A program made the translations under genes and the position numbers. Source: Steroidobacteraceae bacterium (GTDB lineage: Bacteria; Pseudomonadota; Gammaproteobacteria; Steroidobacterales; Steroidobacteraceae). From it: a stretch of 64,000 nt of DNA. The notes below the pieces were generated by a model. That model ran no database searches and was not told the DNA's origin. It saw only the letters and a list, made by a program, of their open reading frames with translations. Below are positions 28,608-37,108 of the stretch, piece after piece. Location: positions 36,472 through 100,471 of the forward strand of contig DATHKV010000145.1 of NCBI GenBank assembly GCA_035488895.1, given 5' to 3'. The first letter of the stretch is position 1; each line of letters starts with the position of its first letter.

Positions 28608-29519
28608 CTATCGACTCGCCAACTGTTTTTTCATCTTGGCCTCAATATCTTTTTTTTGCATGAAATAGTCGACTTCTTGCCCAACCGTGTTGAGAGCTCG
28701 CAAGTAAGCCAAGTCAGCCGCCGTAATTGACTGGGATTTCTCGCGCGTGCAGGCCGACGCCATCAGGTCAAGAATGCTTGGCAGTTCGCCACAACCTTCA
28801 CCCAGGCGCACCTGCGACAGGGTCAGCATGGCGATGTAGTCTGAGATCGCACTGATTGGATACCCCAATACCTTCCTTCCATCGACTACAACCAATGTGA
28901 AGAGAATGAAACTGTGCACACCGTTAGAGCTTCGGTTGGCCCAAGTTACAATCAGCGGGGGAGCCCAAACGCTATCGAGCTGAACACCTCCGCCCGCGGC
29001 CTGAAGGCCTGTTACGTGCCACACCTGAATCGGGTGATCGAACGTTTTAAGCTTTTTAGTTTGGGACGACCAATGATATCCGAGTATTTCCGGGTTTTGA
29101 TCGACCGCCATATCAATAGCCCTCTGGGGCTCATTGGTGAAAATGACATAGACATTTGGCCTGCATGGATTTCTCTTCTCACGCGGAGTTTTGACTGCGG
29201 CGGCAATCGCTTCGACCCGCGCCGAAACATAATCCTCATACGCTGATGGCAATCCTAGTGTCTTTATGCAGACAGCTTCTTTCCAGCGTGACAACGTGCC
29301 CGTTCCGCTGGTTTTGGGTTTGCTATGCGAATCGATGAACGTCATCACATTGTCGCCGGCAACTTCGCTTGCGGTAGGTGGCCTCGGGGCAATCACGGTG
29401 ATTTCTGCCAAGTCCGGTGGTGGCGCGGCTGGTAATGAACTCGTCTGTGCCCAAGCCTTGCAATGGCCGAAGAGGCATACCGATGCAGCCAAGAGTGCAA
29501 TCGCGATTGCTTGTCTCAT
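28608..29519 (-). CDS. secreted protein, unrecognised family, subtype B (copy B1)
   Basis: GGAAGG precedes ATG 29519. Signal peptide ...CKAWAQ. Paralog of 60153..61130, sharing SRW..(K/G)..(V/I)C, C(R/K)(P/S)NV, VVD, DY(I/L)AMLT(L/M)S, LPSILDLM and DLA(Y/F)L(R/K)AL. Confidence 0.8.
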   Translation of the reverse strand: MRQAIAIALLAASVCLFGHCKAWAQTSSLPAAPPPDLAEITVIAPRPPTASEVAGDNVMTFIDSHSKPKTSGTGTLSRWKEAVCIKTLGLPSAYEDYVSARVEAIAAAVKTPREKRNPCRPNVYVIFTNEPQRAIDMAVDQNPEILGYHWSSQTKKLKTFDHPIQVWHVTGLQAAGGGVQLDSVWAPPLIVTWANRSSNGVHSFILFTLVVVDGRKVLGYPISAISDYIAMLTLSQVRLGEGCGELPSILDLMASACTREKSQSITAADLAYLRALNTVGQEVDYFMQKKDIEAKMKKQLASR

Positions 29520-29649
29520 GCGCGCACCTTCCAGAAAGCCATTTCAATGAACACGACGATTTGGGCGTCAGAGAGACCAATACGATCGAGCGGAGCAATT
29601 TGAGGACGTCGCACCAAAACGATCAGCACTTGTCTCGATTCCACCAGTT

Positions 29650-30576
29650 CTAATTTTGCGACTTCGGAGCAATGTCCTTTAGCGCCGCTGTTTGCATTTG
29701 CGAAATCTGCATTACGCTGGTTTGTGAGGTGCTATAGAGAGCATGCAAAAGAGCCCTGTCCCACATGGACATTTCCGGGGGCCGCGACTGCCCCGAACTC
29801 TCAAATAGCCTCAGGATAGTAGGCACATCACCCGGTTGCTTCTCAAAATTTATCTGGGCGAGACCGACAAGCCCGATGTAGTCGGTAAGCTGGCCAAAGT
29901 TAATATTGCCGATCTTTGTGGAATCCACCACCACAATTACCGAGGAAATATTGCGGGTCGCCGTCACCTTCAAGCGAGTCGCGGCCTCCGGCGGGATGCG
30001 AACCCATGGGGCCTTTCCGGAGGTTTTTGCTCGAATCGAAGTCGCATCAAGCAAACCGATAAAAAACTGTCCGTCCACCCCAACGGTGCCGGCACTATAC
30101 CAGACGCGTATGGGTCGAGGTGTTTCGAGAAATCGCTTCACGGGTGGGCCAGATTCACCGTCGAATAGATCGACGTCACGGCGCCACCACTGTTTCAGCA
30201 GGAGCTCGGGGTCTGAAGTTACAATTACGTAGAGGTTCGGCTTGCATGTGTCGGCGCCGAGCGGAGCACCCGCGGATTTGGCAATTTCGGAAAGACGAGC
30301 AAGGACAAACTCGCCCTGTTCCTTACTCAGTCCGGCCACAAGGGGACAGACCTTGTCGTTCCAACGCCAGAGTGACTGGTCATAGTGGTTGGGTGGAACA
30401 ATCGCGCTTGAGACGAATTTATTAACCTCACGCTCGAGTTTGGCTCTGTCTCTTTGCGCCTGTACGGTGATTGTATCGATCGAATCAGCGCTAATCGAAT
30501 TGGCGAGACTTATGAGCACTGCGACGGTAGCGCATATCCAAAGGGAATGGCTAATTGCTGGTGATCGGACGTCCAT
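29650..30576 (-). CDS. secreted protein, unrecognised family, subtype A (copy A1)
   Basis: GGAGG precedes ATG 30576. Signal peptide ...LANSISA. Paralog of 61655..62578 and 62811..63734. Confidence 0.8.
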   Translation of the reverse strand: MDVRSPAISHSLWICATVAVLISLANSISADSIDTITVQAQRDRAKLEREVNKFVSSAIVPPNHYDQSLWRWNDKVCPLVAGLSKEQGEFVLARLSEIAKSAGAPLGADTCKPNLYVIVTSDPELLLKQWWRRDVDLFDGESGPPVKRFLETPRPIRVWYSAGTVGVDGQFFIGLLDATSIRAKTSGKAPWVRIPPEAATRLKVTATRNISSVIVVVDSTKIGNINFGQLTDYIGLVGLAQINFEKQPGDVPTILRLFESSGQSRPPEMSMWDRALLHALYSTSQTSVMQISQMQTAALKDIAPKSQN

Positions 30577-30948
30577 GACACCTCCGGCAAATACAAAACG
30601 ATCTGCCGCTTTTAGCATAGCGCGACTCGATCCCGGTGGCGACATTCACACTTGGTCTCTCATCCGGAAGGCGATGGAGGAACAGGGCAATCCCGCCCTT
30701 TTCTCCGTGTGTGCGAGAATCCGGCCATAGAAAGCCGGCGAGCCGATCGACATAGGAGTACATGGCAAATCTGCGGCGGGCGCGAAGGCACCAAAAGCCA
30801 AGACGGCCGGCTCGTAGTGTTACAGCGATCATGTGAGCAACAATATGAGGTGGCTTCGATTCAGTCGCTTGATGAAATGGAAGAGACGACTGTCACCGAC
30901 ATGGCGTTTCAACTAGAGTAAGAGGCCATTTGAGGATAGGGACGGTCC

Positions 30949-32307
30949 ATGTTTCGGCACGACCTGCGAATTGCCTTTCAAAGTATCCGACAGAATCCGT
31001 TCATCGCAGCTCTGATTGTCGCAGTGATTGCGGTCGGGATCGGCACCTCGGTGGTGGCAATTACGCTCTACCACTCGAAAGCGGGTAACCCGATCTGGTG
31101 GAAGAACGACGTTCTTTTTCGGGTGATGCTCGACAGTCGACCAGCGCCTCATGAAGCGGACGTGTCTCAGCATCCGGAATATCCGCCGTTTACGCTGATT
31201 TATCGTGACGCCGCGGCTCTTTACCAATCAAGGATTCCGACGCGTAGTGCATTGATGGTCGCAGCCTATGCGCCCGTCAGTAGTCCGAGCGCGATGAGCC
31301 GCCCTTTCAATCGGGCAGGTCGTTTAACGACGCGTGAATTTTTCTCAATGTTCGACGTGCCATTTCTCTATGGCCATGCTTGGTCGAAGAGCGACGATGA
31401 GGGTCCCTCTCAAGTTGCTGTCATCAGCCGTGCTTTGAGTGAACGACTATTTGGTGCCGGCGACAGTGTGGGCCGGACACTCGTCTTCAGCGGTCAGACC
31501 TTCCAAGTCGTCGGTGTCACCGATCGGTGGATGCCGCTGCCGCGCTTTTATGATGTCGGTCGCAGCTTCATCCCCTCCGATGACTTGTTCATTCCATTTC
31601 GCTGGGCCGACTCGCTCTCAACCTTGCACTTTCCCGGCTTTTGCGCTCGCACGCAGACTAGTGTGACCACGTTCAAGGAACTGGCGCCGTCGGAGTGCAT
31701 CTTCGTCGGCTTGTGGGTGGAACTCTCAAGCACGGCGCAGTTTCGGGAATACCGCAAATTTTTGGACAACTACGCTCGAGAACAGCAGCAGGCGAGACGC
31801 TTCGAGCGCCCATTAAACAATCGACTGGCGAACGTGTCTACCTGGCTGGTGATGAACGATGTCATTGGAAGCCAGACCAAGTTCCAGGTGGTTCTTGCGC
31901 TGGTATTCCTTGGCATTTGCATCCTCAACACCTTGGGTCTGTTACTCGCGAAATTTATGAGTCGCGCACCGCTCGTTGGGTTGCGCAGGGCATTGGGAGC
32001 CACCCGCGGGGATATCGTGCGGCAGCATCTAACGGAAGTCATGGTCTTGGGAGCCATCGGCGGGGCGATCGGCATTGGCCTCGCTATCGTCGGGCTGCGT
32101 CTGGTGCGGATCTATTTTTTCATGCAATCAAACCGGCCCGGTGATAATCCCGAGTTTGCGAGCGTGGCGCAATCACTGTCGCATTTGGATGGGCGAATGA
32201 TCCTCATCGCGGTTGGACTGTCATTGCTGGCCGGCTTGCTGGCAGGCGTCTATCCGGCGTGGCGGATCGGGCGAATGGCGCCGGCTACGTTCCTCAAGAT
32301 CCAATAG
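30949..32307 (+). CDS. ABC transporter permease, FtsX/MacB-type (single FtsX domain with large periplasmic loop)
   Basis: N-terminus LRIAFQSIRQNPFIAALIVAVIAVGIGTS. C-terminal FtsX region RRALGATRGDIVRQHL. Confidence 0.85.
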   Translation: MFRHDLRIAFQSIRQNPFIAALIVAVIAVGIGTSVVAITLYHSKAGNPIWWKNDVLFRVMLDSRPAPHEADVSQHPEYPPFTLIYRDAAALYQSRIPTRSALMVAAYAPVSSPSAMSRPFNRAGRLTTREFFSMFDVPFLYGHAWSKSDDEGPSQVAVISRALSERLFGAGDSVGRTLVFSGQTFQVVGVTDRWMPLPRFYDVGRSFIPSDDLFIPFRWADSLSTLHFPGFCARTQTSVTTFKELAPSECIFVGLWVELSSTAQFREYRKFLDNYAREQQQARRFERPLNNRLANVSTWLVMNDVIGSQTKFQVVLALVFLGICILNTLGLLLAKFMSRAPLVGLRRALGATRGDIVRQHLTEVMVLGAIGGAIGIGLAIVGLRLVRIYFFMQSNRPGDNPEFASVAQSLSHLDGRMILIAVGLSLLAGLLAGVYPAWRIGRMAPATFLKIQ

Positions 32308-32321
32308 CGGATCTGGAAACA

Positions 32322-33554
32322 GTGAGACTCAAGGCAGTTTTTAGTTCCCTATGGCAAAGTCCAATAGGCCCACTGCTGCTCGCAGCTCAAGTCGCACTGA
32401 GTATGGTGATTCTCGCCAATGTCGCGTACGTGGTTTCGATCCGTCTCGAGCATACAAGCCGGCCAACGGGCCTGGATCTGGAGAATATTTTCTGGATATC
32501 GAGCGAAGGCCACGGTCCCAGTTACAGTCAGCAAACCACAGTCCATTTTGATCTGGAGTATCTGAATTTGCTCCCTGGAGTGCTGGCGGCGTGCGCCGCC
32601 AGTTCAATTCCTCAGACTTTCGACGCCCAAGAAACGACGGTGTCCGGCGATCCGGAGTTCAAGGAGCGGCGTGATGTACTTCTGTACCAGATGACTGGGA
32701 GGGCTGTCGACACCCTTGGGCTGCGCCTGATTCAGGGCAGGGGGTATCTTAAAGACACCGTGGCGCCGGCGCCGTCGAGCGCGGACGCCGCAGGAACTCT
32801 CTTTGGCCAAGAAGTAGTCGTCACGGCAGCCTTGGCTGAAAAGCTCTTTGGCAGCAGCGAAGCTGCTATCGGCAAGTCTCTGCATTTCAGTATGGCGAAG
32901 GGCCGGTCCGCGGCCATCGTTGGGGTGGTCGAGCGCATGCAGGCGGCGCCGTTCTTCCTGCCTGGGACGAATTTCGTCAACGAAATCGTCTTGGTGCCGG
33001 CGGTGCCGGCCGGCCCCAGAGCGCTCTACCTGGTTCGCACCAAGCCGGGATTTCGTGAGCGGGTCATGAACCAAGTTGTCAAAGAGTTCGAGCCCCTGCA
33101 GCAGGACCGTTACGTCAATGCGGTGAGGTCACTCGCGGACACGGCATCGGAGGCACGCGCTTCAGACCGTGCGACCGCCGTTGTGCTGGCGATTTTGGCG
33201 TCTTTCGTGCTGGCCGTGACCATGTTGGGTTTGTTCGGATTCGCCGCGTTCGCTGTCACCAGCCGCACCAAAGAAATTGGAACGCGTCGGGCAATTGGCG
33301 CGACCAGGACCGATATCCTCAAGCAATTTCTGCTGGAGAACTGGCTCATTACCACCGCAGGCGGGATTGTCGGCTCCGTAATGACGCTCGCATTCGCGCT
33401 GCAACTGAGTCTGCTCTTGGAACTGCCGAGGCTTCCGTTTGTCTTTCTCGTCGGAACCATGGCGCTTGTCTGGACGGCTGGCTTGCTCGCTGCACTGCTG
33501 CCTGCATTGCGCGGCGCGAGTGTGCCGCCCGCGGTGGCCACGCGAGGTGCCTAA
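32322..33554 (+). CDS. second FtsX/MacB-type ABC permease
   Basis: ORF opens at 32259, overlapping the previous gene; GTG 32322 is the plausible start. FtsX motif RRAIGATRTDILKQFL. Four TM pattern. Confidence 0.8.
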   Translation: MRLKAVFSSLWQSPIGPLLLAAQVALSMVILANVAYVVSIRLEHTSRPTGLDLENIFWISSEGHGPSYSQQTTVHFDLEYLNLLPGVLAACAASSIPQTFDAQETTVSGDPEFKERRDVLLYQMTGRAVDTLGLRLIQGRGYLKDTVAPAPSSADAAGTLFGQEVVVTAALAEKLFGSSEAAIGKSLHFSMAKGRSAAIVGVVERMQAAPFFLPGTNFVNEIVLVPAVPAGPRALYLVRTKPGFRERVMNQVVKEFEPLQQDRYVNAVRSLADTASEARASDRATAVVLAILASFVLAVTMLGLFGFAAFAVTSRTKEIGTRRAIGATRTDILKQFLLENWLITTAGGIVGSVMTLAFALQLSLLLELPRLPFVFLVGTMALVWTAGLLAALLPALRGASVPPAVATRGA

Positions 33555-33570
33555 GGCGCGTCAATCTAGA

Positions 33571-34260
33571 TTACGCTGCTGATCGGTCGGTCTGATGATC
33601 CGTTGCGACCCGGCCATCCACCATGTGTACCGTTCTGTTAGCGCGAAATGCGAGTTCGTTGTTGTGCGTGACCATGAGAATGGTCGTACCCGCGGCGTTG
33701 ATCGATTGCAGCAGGTCCATGATTTGCGCAGTCATCGTGGTATCCAGGTTTCCGGTCGGTTCGTCGGCCAGGATTACCTGCGGGTTCCCGCCAATGGCTC
33801 GCGCGATGGCAGCACGTTGCTGTTGGCCTCCCGATAACTGCGCGGGGAAGTGCTTCGTGCGGGAGGTGAGGCCGACTTTTTCCAAGGATTCGGTGACCCG
33901 CTTGCGGCGCTCGGCAGCCGGCATGCGACGGTAGTGCAGCGGAGCGTCGACGTTGTCGTAGATGTTCAAGTTGGGAATCAGATTAAAGGCCTGAAAGACA
34001 AAGCCGATCTTGCGATTGCGGATATGGGAACGCTCATTGTCCGACAGCACTCTGACGTCTTCGCCCTCAAGTCGGTAGTCACCCGCTTCGAATTCCTCCA
34101 ATAATCCAGCCACATTCAAAAGAGTAGTTTTGCCTGAGCCGGAATGCCCCGTGATCGCGACAAACTCGCCCGCCTCGATCTTAAGGTCAAAATCTCGCAA
34201 GGCGTAAGTTTCGACGATGTCGGTGCGAAATATCTTGCTGACTGACTTCAGTTCGATCAT
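33571..34260 (-). CDS. ABC transporter ATP-binding protein (MacB/LolD-like)
   Basis: AGGAGG precedes ATG 34260. Walker [13 protein letters not shown], signature [14 protein letters not shown], Walker [12 protein letters not shown]. Confidence 0.9.
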   Translation of the reverse strand: MIELKSVSKIFRTDIVETYALRDFDLKIEAGEFVAITGHSGSGKTTLLNVAGLLEEFEAGDYRLEGEDVRVLSDNERSHIRNRKIGFVFQAFNLIPNLNIYDNVDAPLHYRRMPAAERRKRVTESLEKVGLTSRTKHFPAQLSGGQQQRAAIARAIGGNPQVILADEPTGNLDTTMTAQIMDLLQSINAAGTTILMVTHNNELAFRANRTVHMVDGRVATDHQTDRSAA

Positions 34261-34554
34261 GCCGCCTCCTTTGGCGGGGCAATCAGGACGAGCACATGGT
34301 GTCATTCATTGGAAACCGTGTCACAGCGTGCTCCTACGCCGAGACCGCTGTACAGGCCCTCAGGCTCATGGAACTATCGTCACCTCGGGCCACACAGACT
34401 TAGCTCGTGCGGCCTTCCTCTCATGCGTCTCCCTATGTGGGAGAGCGTAGTTCGGACGAATCACCATAGCGAAGATATCCTCCAATCCGAATGGGGCCGA
34501 AAACGTCGAGTTGATCGTCTTGCAGTAGGCGAACTTGAGCGCTGCGAAAATCCT

Positions 34555-35310
34555 CTAAGTTATCCTTGTCCCGAATCGGTGCCAAATCGGCCAGCCAGGT
34601 ATTTGCCAATTCATCCAAATGAGCATGGCACGTCCGTCTAAGTTCTTGTCCGGCACGAAGCCTACCTGCGTGAATCGAGAGTCCTCGCTATCGTTGCGAT
34701 TGTCGCCCATAAAAAAATAGTTGCCGGGAGGAACAACGCTCTCATAGTCCTTGGACATTCGATCGTGATCAAGCATGATCACGTGATCGCGATCACCCAT
34801 CCGTTCGACTTCGAGTTCGGCTCCGGAGAATCCGTATCCACCGGCGTACTCACCGTCGCGTTTCGCTGGAACGCGTGCGCCATTGATGAATAGGGTGTTG
34901 TCACGCACAACGACATGATCGCCGGGGAGTCCGATTAAGCGTTTGATGTAGTGAGTCGAGGGATCGGAAGGCAAGCGGAACACGACGACGTCCCCGCGCT
35001 GCGGCTGGCCAGTCGACAGGATCTTGGAGTTGAGGACGGGCAGACGCAAGCCATAAGCGAATTTATTGACGAATATGAAGTCGCCGTCTACCAGACCCGG
35101 CATCATTGAGGCCGACGGAATACGAAACGGCTCCGCAACAAAAGAGCGTACAAGCAAAACAATTAAAACGACGGGAAACAGGGAGCGTGCATATTGGATT
35201 AGCAGCTCTGTGGATTTGGCGCGCCTCCGTCGTTTGAAAATTGCCGTGTCCGCCAAGACTATCAGCCCGCTCACCACAAAGAACAGCACCAGAACGAGCG
35301 AGAAATCCAT
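34555..35310 (-). CDS. lepB: signal peptidase I
   Basis: N-terminal TM helix. Catalytic Ser box PSASMMPGL. Lys-box region and GDNRNDSEDSR box E. The start lies 1 nt after the stop of the upstream ORF. Confidence 0.85.
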   Translation of the reverse strand: MDFSLVLVLFFVVSGLIVLADTAIFKRRRRAKSTELLIQYARSLFPVVLIVLLVRSFVAEPFRIPSASMMPGLVDGDFIFVNKFAYGLRLPVLNSKILSTGQPQRGDVVVFRLPSDPSTHYIKRLIGLPGDHVVVRDNTLFINGARVPAKRDGEYAGGYGFSGAELEVERMGDRDHVIMLDHDRMSKDYESVVPPGNYFFMGDNRNDSEDSRFTQVGFVPDKNLDGRAMLIWMNWQIPGWPIWHRFGTRIT

Positions 35311-35311
35311 G

Positions 35312-35635
35312 TCAGCGTCCGTGACTGTGATAGCTGTCGGTTCGAGTCGTGTCCGCCTGCGTAAGCGACCCTACCCCCAGGGCGATGATTGCAGCCATCA
35401 GCAGGGCGTTAACGAGCCGCAGTAGGGAAGCTCGAAAGCCGGTGCCCGGAGCCGTACGAAGGACTCGCGCACGAGCGAGAATCAAGGCAGCGATGACCTG
35501 CCGCCAGTACCAGGTTCGGCTGCGGCCGGCACGGAACATTTCGAGGAGGTCGCCCAGCAACGATTCGCGCTGATAGGGCGATGCCCATTGCTTCAAAAGC
35601 CACACCGCCATCCTGGGTGGTTCACGATTGATCAT
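35312..35635 (-). CDS. small membrane protein resembling the 'permease prefix' proteins found after acidobacterial-type PadR genes
   Basis: The ATGA overlap with the PadR stop suggests translational coupling. MAVWLLKQWASPYQRESLLGDLLEMF followed by TM helices. Confidence 0.55.
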   Translation of the reverse strand: MINREPPRMAVWLLKQWASPYQRESLLGDLLEMFRAGRSRTWYWRQVIAALILARARVLRTAPGTGFRASLLRLVNALLMAAIIALGVGSLTQADTTRTDSYHSHGR

Positions 35636-35967
35636 GAGTGCTCGCCTTTCGCCAGAAGCAGTCCGGTCGAGAGCTTCAGCAACGTAGCGCGTGCATTGCT
35701 GGCTTCTTTTAAACCTTTCGGAGTCGCCTTGAAGTAAGTGCGCGCTTTGCCTCCGCGCTCGGCGGTGGGATCGCCTAGGGAGGAGACAAGTAAACCCTTT
35801 GCTTCCATTCGTTCCAACGCCGCGTAGACACTCGCGATTGCAACTTCACGACCGCTTTTTTCAGAGATCTCGCGACAAATCTGCACTCCATAAGCATCAC
35901 CTGCCGGTCGGATTGCTGCGAGAAGAACCATGAGTTCCATTTGCCCCAGATACTCGCGCTTTCTCAT
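35632..35967 (-). CDS. PadR-family transcriptional regulator
   Basis: ELMVLLAAIRPAGDAYGVQICREI....VYAALERMEAKGLLVS wHTH pattern. ATG 35967 preferred over TTG 36003. Confidence 0.8.
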   Translation of the reverse strand: MRKREYLGQMELMVLLAAIRPAGDAYGVQICREISEKSGREVAIASVYAALERMEAKGLLVSSLGDPTAERGGKARTYFKATPKGLKEASNARATLLKLSTGLLLAKGEHS

Positions 35968-36394
35968 ATCTTCTACAATAGTGAGGATATGGAGATTTTG
36001 CAACTAGATAAACGAGAAACGCCCTAGATACCGAGCTTGGTTCTCACAAGCCTCTTTGAGGGGACGTTTTGAGGTGATGACGGCGATTCAACCGGATCAC
36101 AGCGTACCCGCTCATGAGTTGGGGGAGGGAGGCCGTCCTTGGCCAGGGTCCACGTTCCATGTTTTTTGCGGTCCGGCGAACGCCAGTCTAAATATCCAGG
36201 GAGTCGGTGTTCCCCGATCCGCGAGGTATCATTAGACGGAATACAGTCTCACAATTGAATCACCACCAAGGGTGACCCAAATGGCCTATCCTTTTTCGCT
36301 GTGCAGCGAACGAGGCCGGGCGAGCCTGCATGTTAGAGTGCCGTTGAGCGGCTTGCTCGACTTGAGCCGTTGATTTGAGGGCAACTGCACCGTC

Positions 36395-37108
36395 ATGAAG
36401 ATACTGCTGGTCGACGATCATGTGCTGTTCCGCGAAGGCATCGCCTTGCTGCTGCGGAGCTTGGTGGCGAATGACTCACTGTATCAGGCAGGAACGTGTG
36501 AAGAGGCCCTGGCGCTGGTTGCCCAGGACCCCAGTATCGAGTTGGTGCTGATGGACATCAATCTACCCGGCACCTCTGGGATCAATGCCATATCACTGAT
36601 TCGCGCCGAATTCCCGCTCATTCCCGTGGTGGGCCTGTCTTCGAGCGACGACAAGCAAACTATTTTGGATGCCATCGATGCCGGTGCCATGGGTTTCATC
36701 CCAAAGAGTTCGTCCTCGGCTGTACTTTTCGCGGCACTGCAGTTGGTACTGTCGAAGGGGATCTATATTCCGCCGGAAGCTTTTCTTCGCGACCGAGGCG
36801 TGCCGGCCAGAACGACTGCGGCCATTTCTCCAGATAAGTCAGCCTCCGCAGAACACGCAACGCCCAGAGATCTTGGCTTGACGCCGCGACAGTCGGACGT
36901 GTTGTTCCTGATTCTGCAAGGCAAGTCCGCCAAGGCCATATGCCGGGATTTGTCTTTATCCAGCAGCACCGTGAAAGTTCATACCTCCGCGGCCCTTCGC
37001 GCGCTGAATGTCACCACACGCACGCAGGCCGTGATTGCGGCGGGCCGCATGGGTTTGCGTTTCGACGACTGCGTGCATCCGCGAGTTCATTCCGACGAGA
37101 CCGCCTGA
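36395..37108 (+). CDS. NarL/FixJ (LuxR-type) response regulator
   Basis: REC motifs KILLVDDH and LVLMDINLPG. LuxR HTH LTPRQSDVLFLILQGKSAKAICRDLSLSSSTVKVH. Confidence 0.85.
   Translation: MKILLVDDHVLFREGIALLLRSLVANDSLYQAGTCEEALALVAQDPSIELVLMDINLPGTSGINAISLIRAEFPLIPVVGLSSSDDKQTILDAIDAGAMGFIPKSSSSAVLFAALQLVLSKGIYIPPEAFLRDRGVPARTTAAISPDKSASAEHATPRDLGLTPRQSDVLFLILQGKSAKAICRDLSLSSSTVKVHTSAALRALNVTTRTQAVIAAGRMGLRFDDCVHPRVHSDETA

Noticed and set aside
29521-30650. Additional copies of the 45-nt upstream block in front of B1 and A1
   Set aside because: There is only partial resemblance: GTTCATTGAAATGGC before B1, directly abutting its RBS, and GAATGTCGCCACC before A1. The positions differ from the two clear copies and the identity is too weak to call by eye.
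30949-33554. Calling the two permeases LolC/LolE (housekeeping lipoprotein release system)
   Set aside because: The N-terminal sequences look like the MacB/ADOP type, and the ATPase is on the opposite strand. Orthology cannot be decided without phylogeny, so I kept the generic call.
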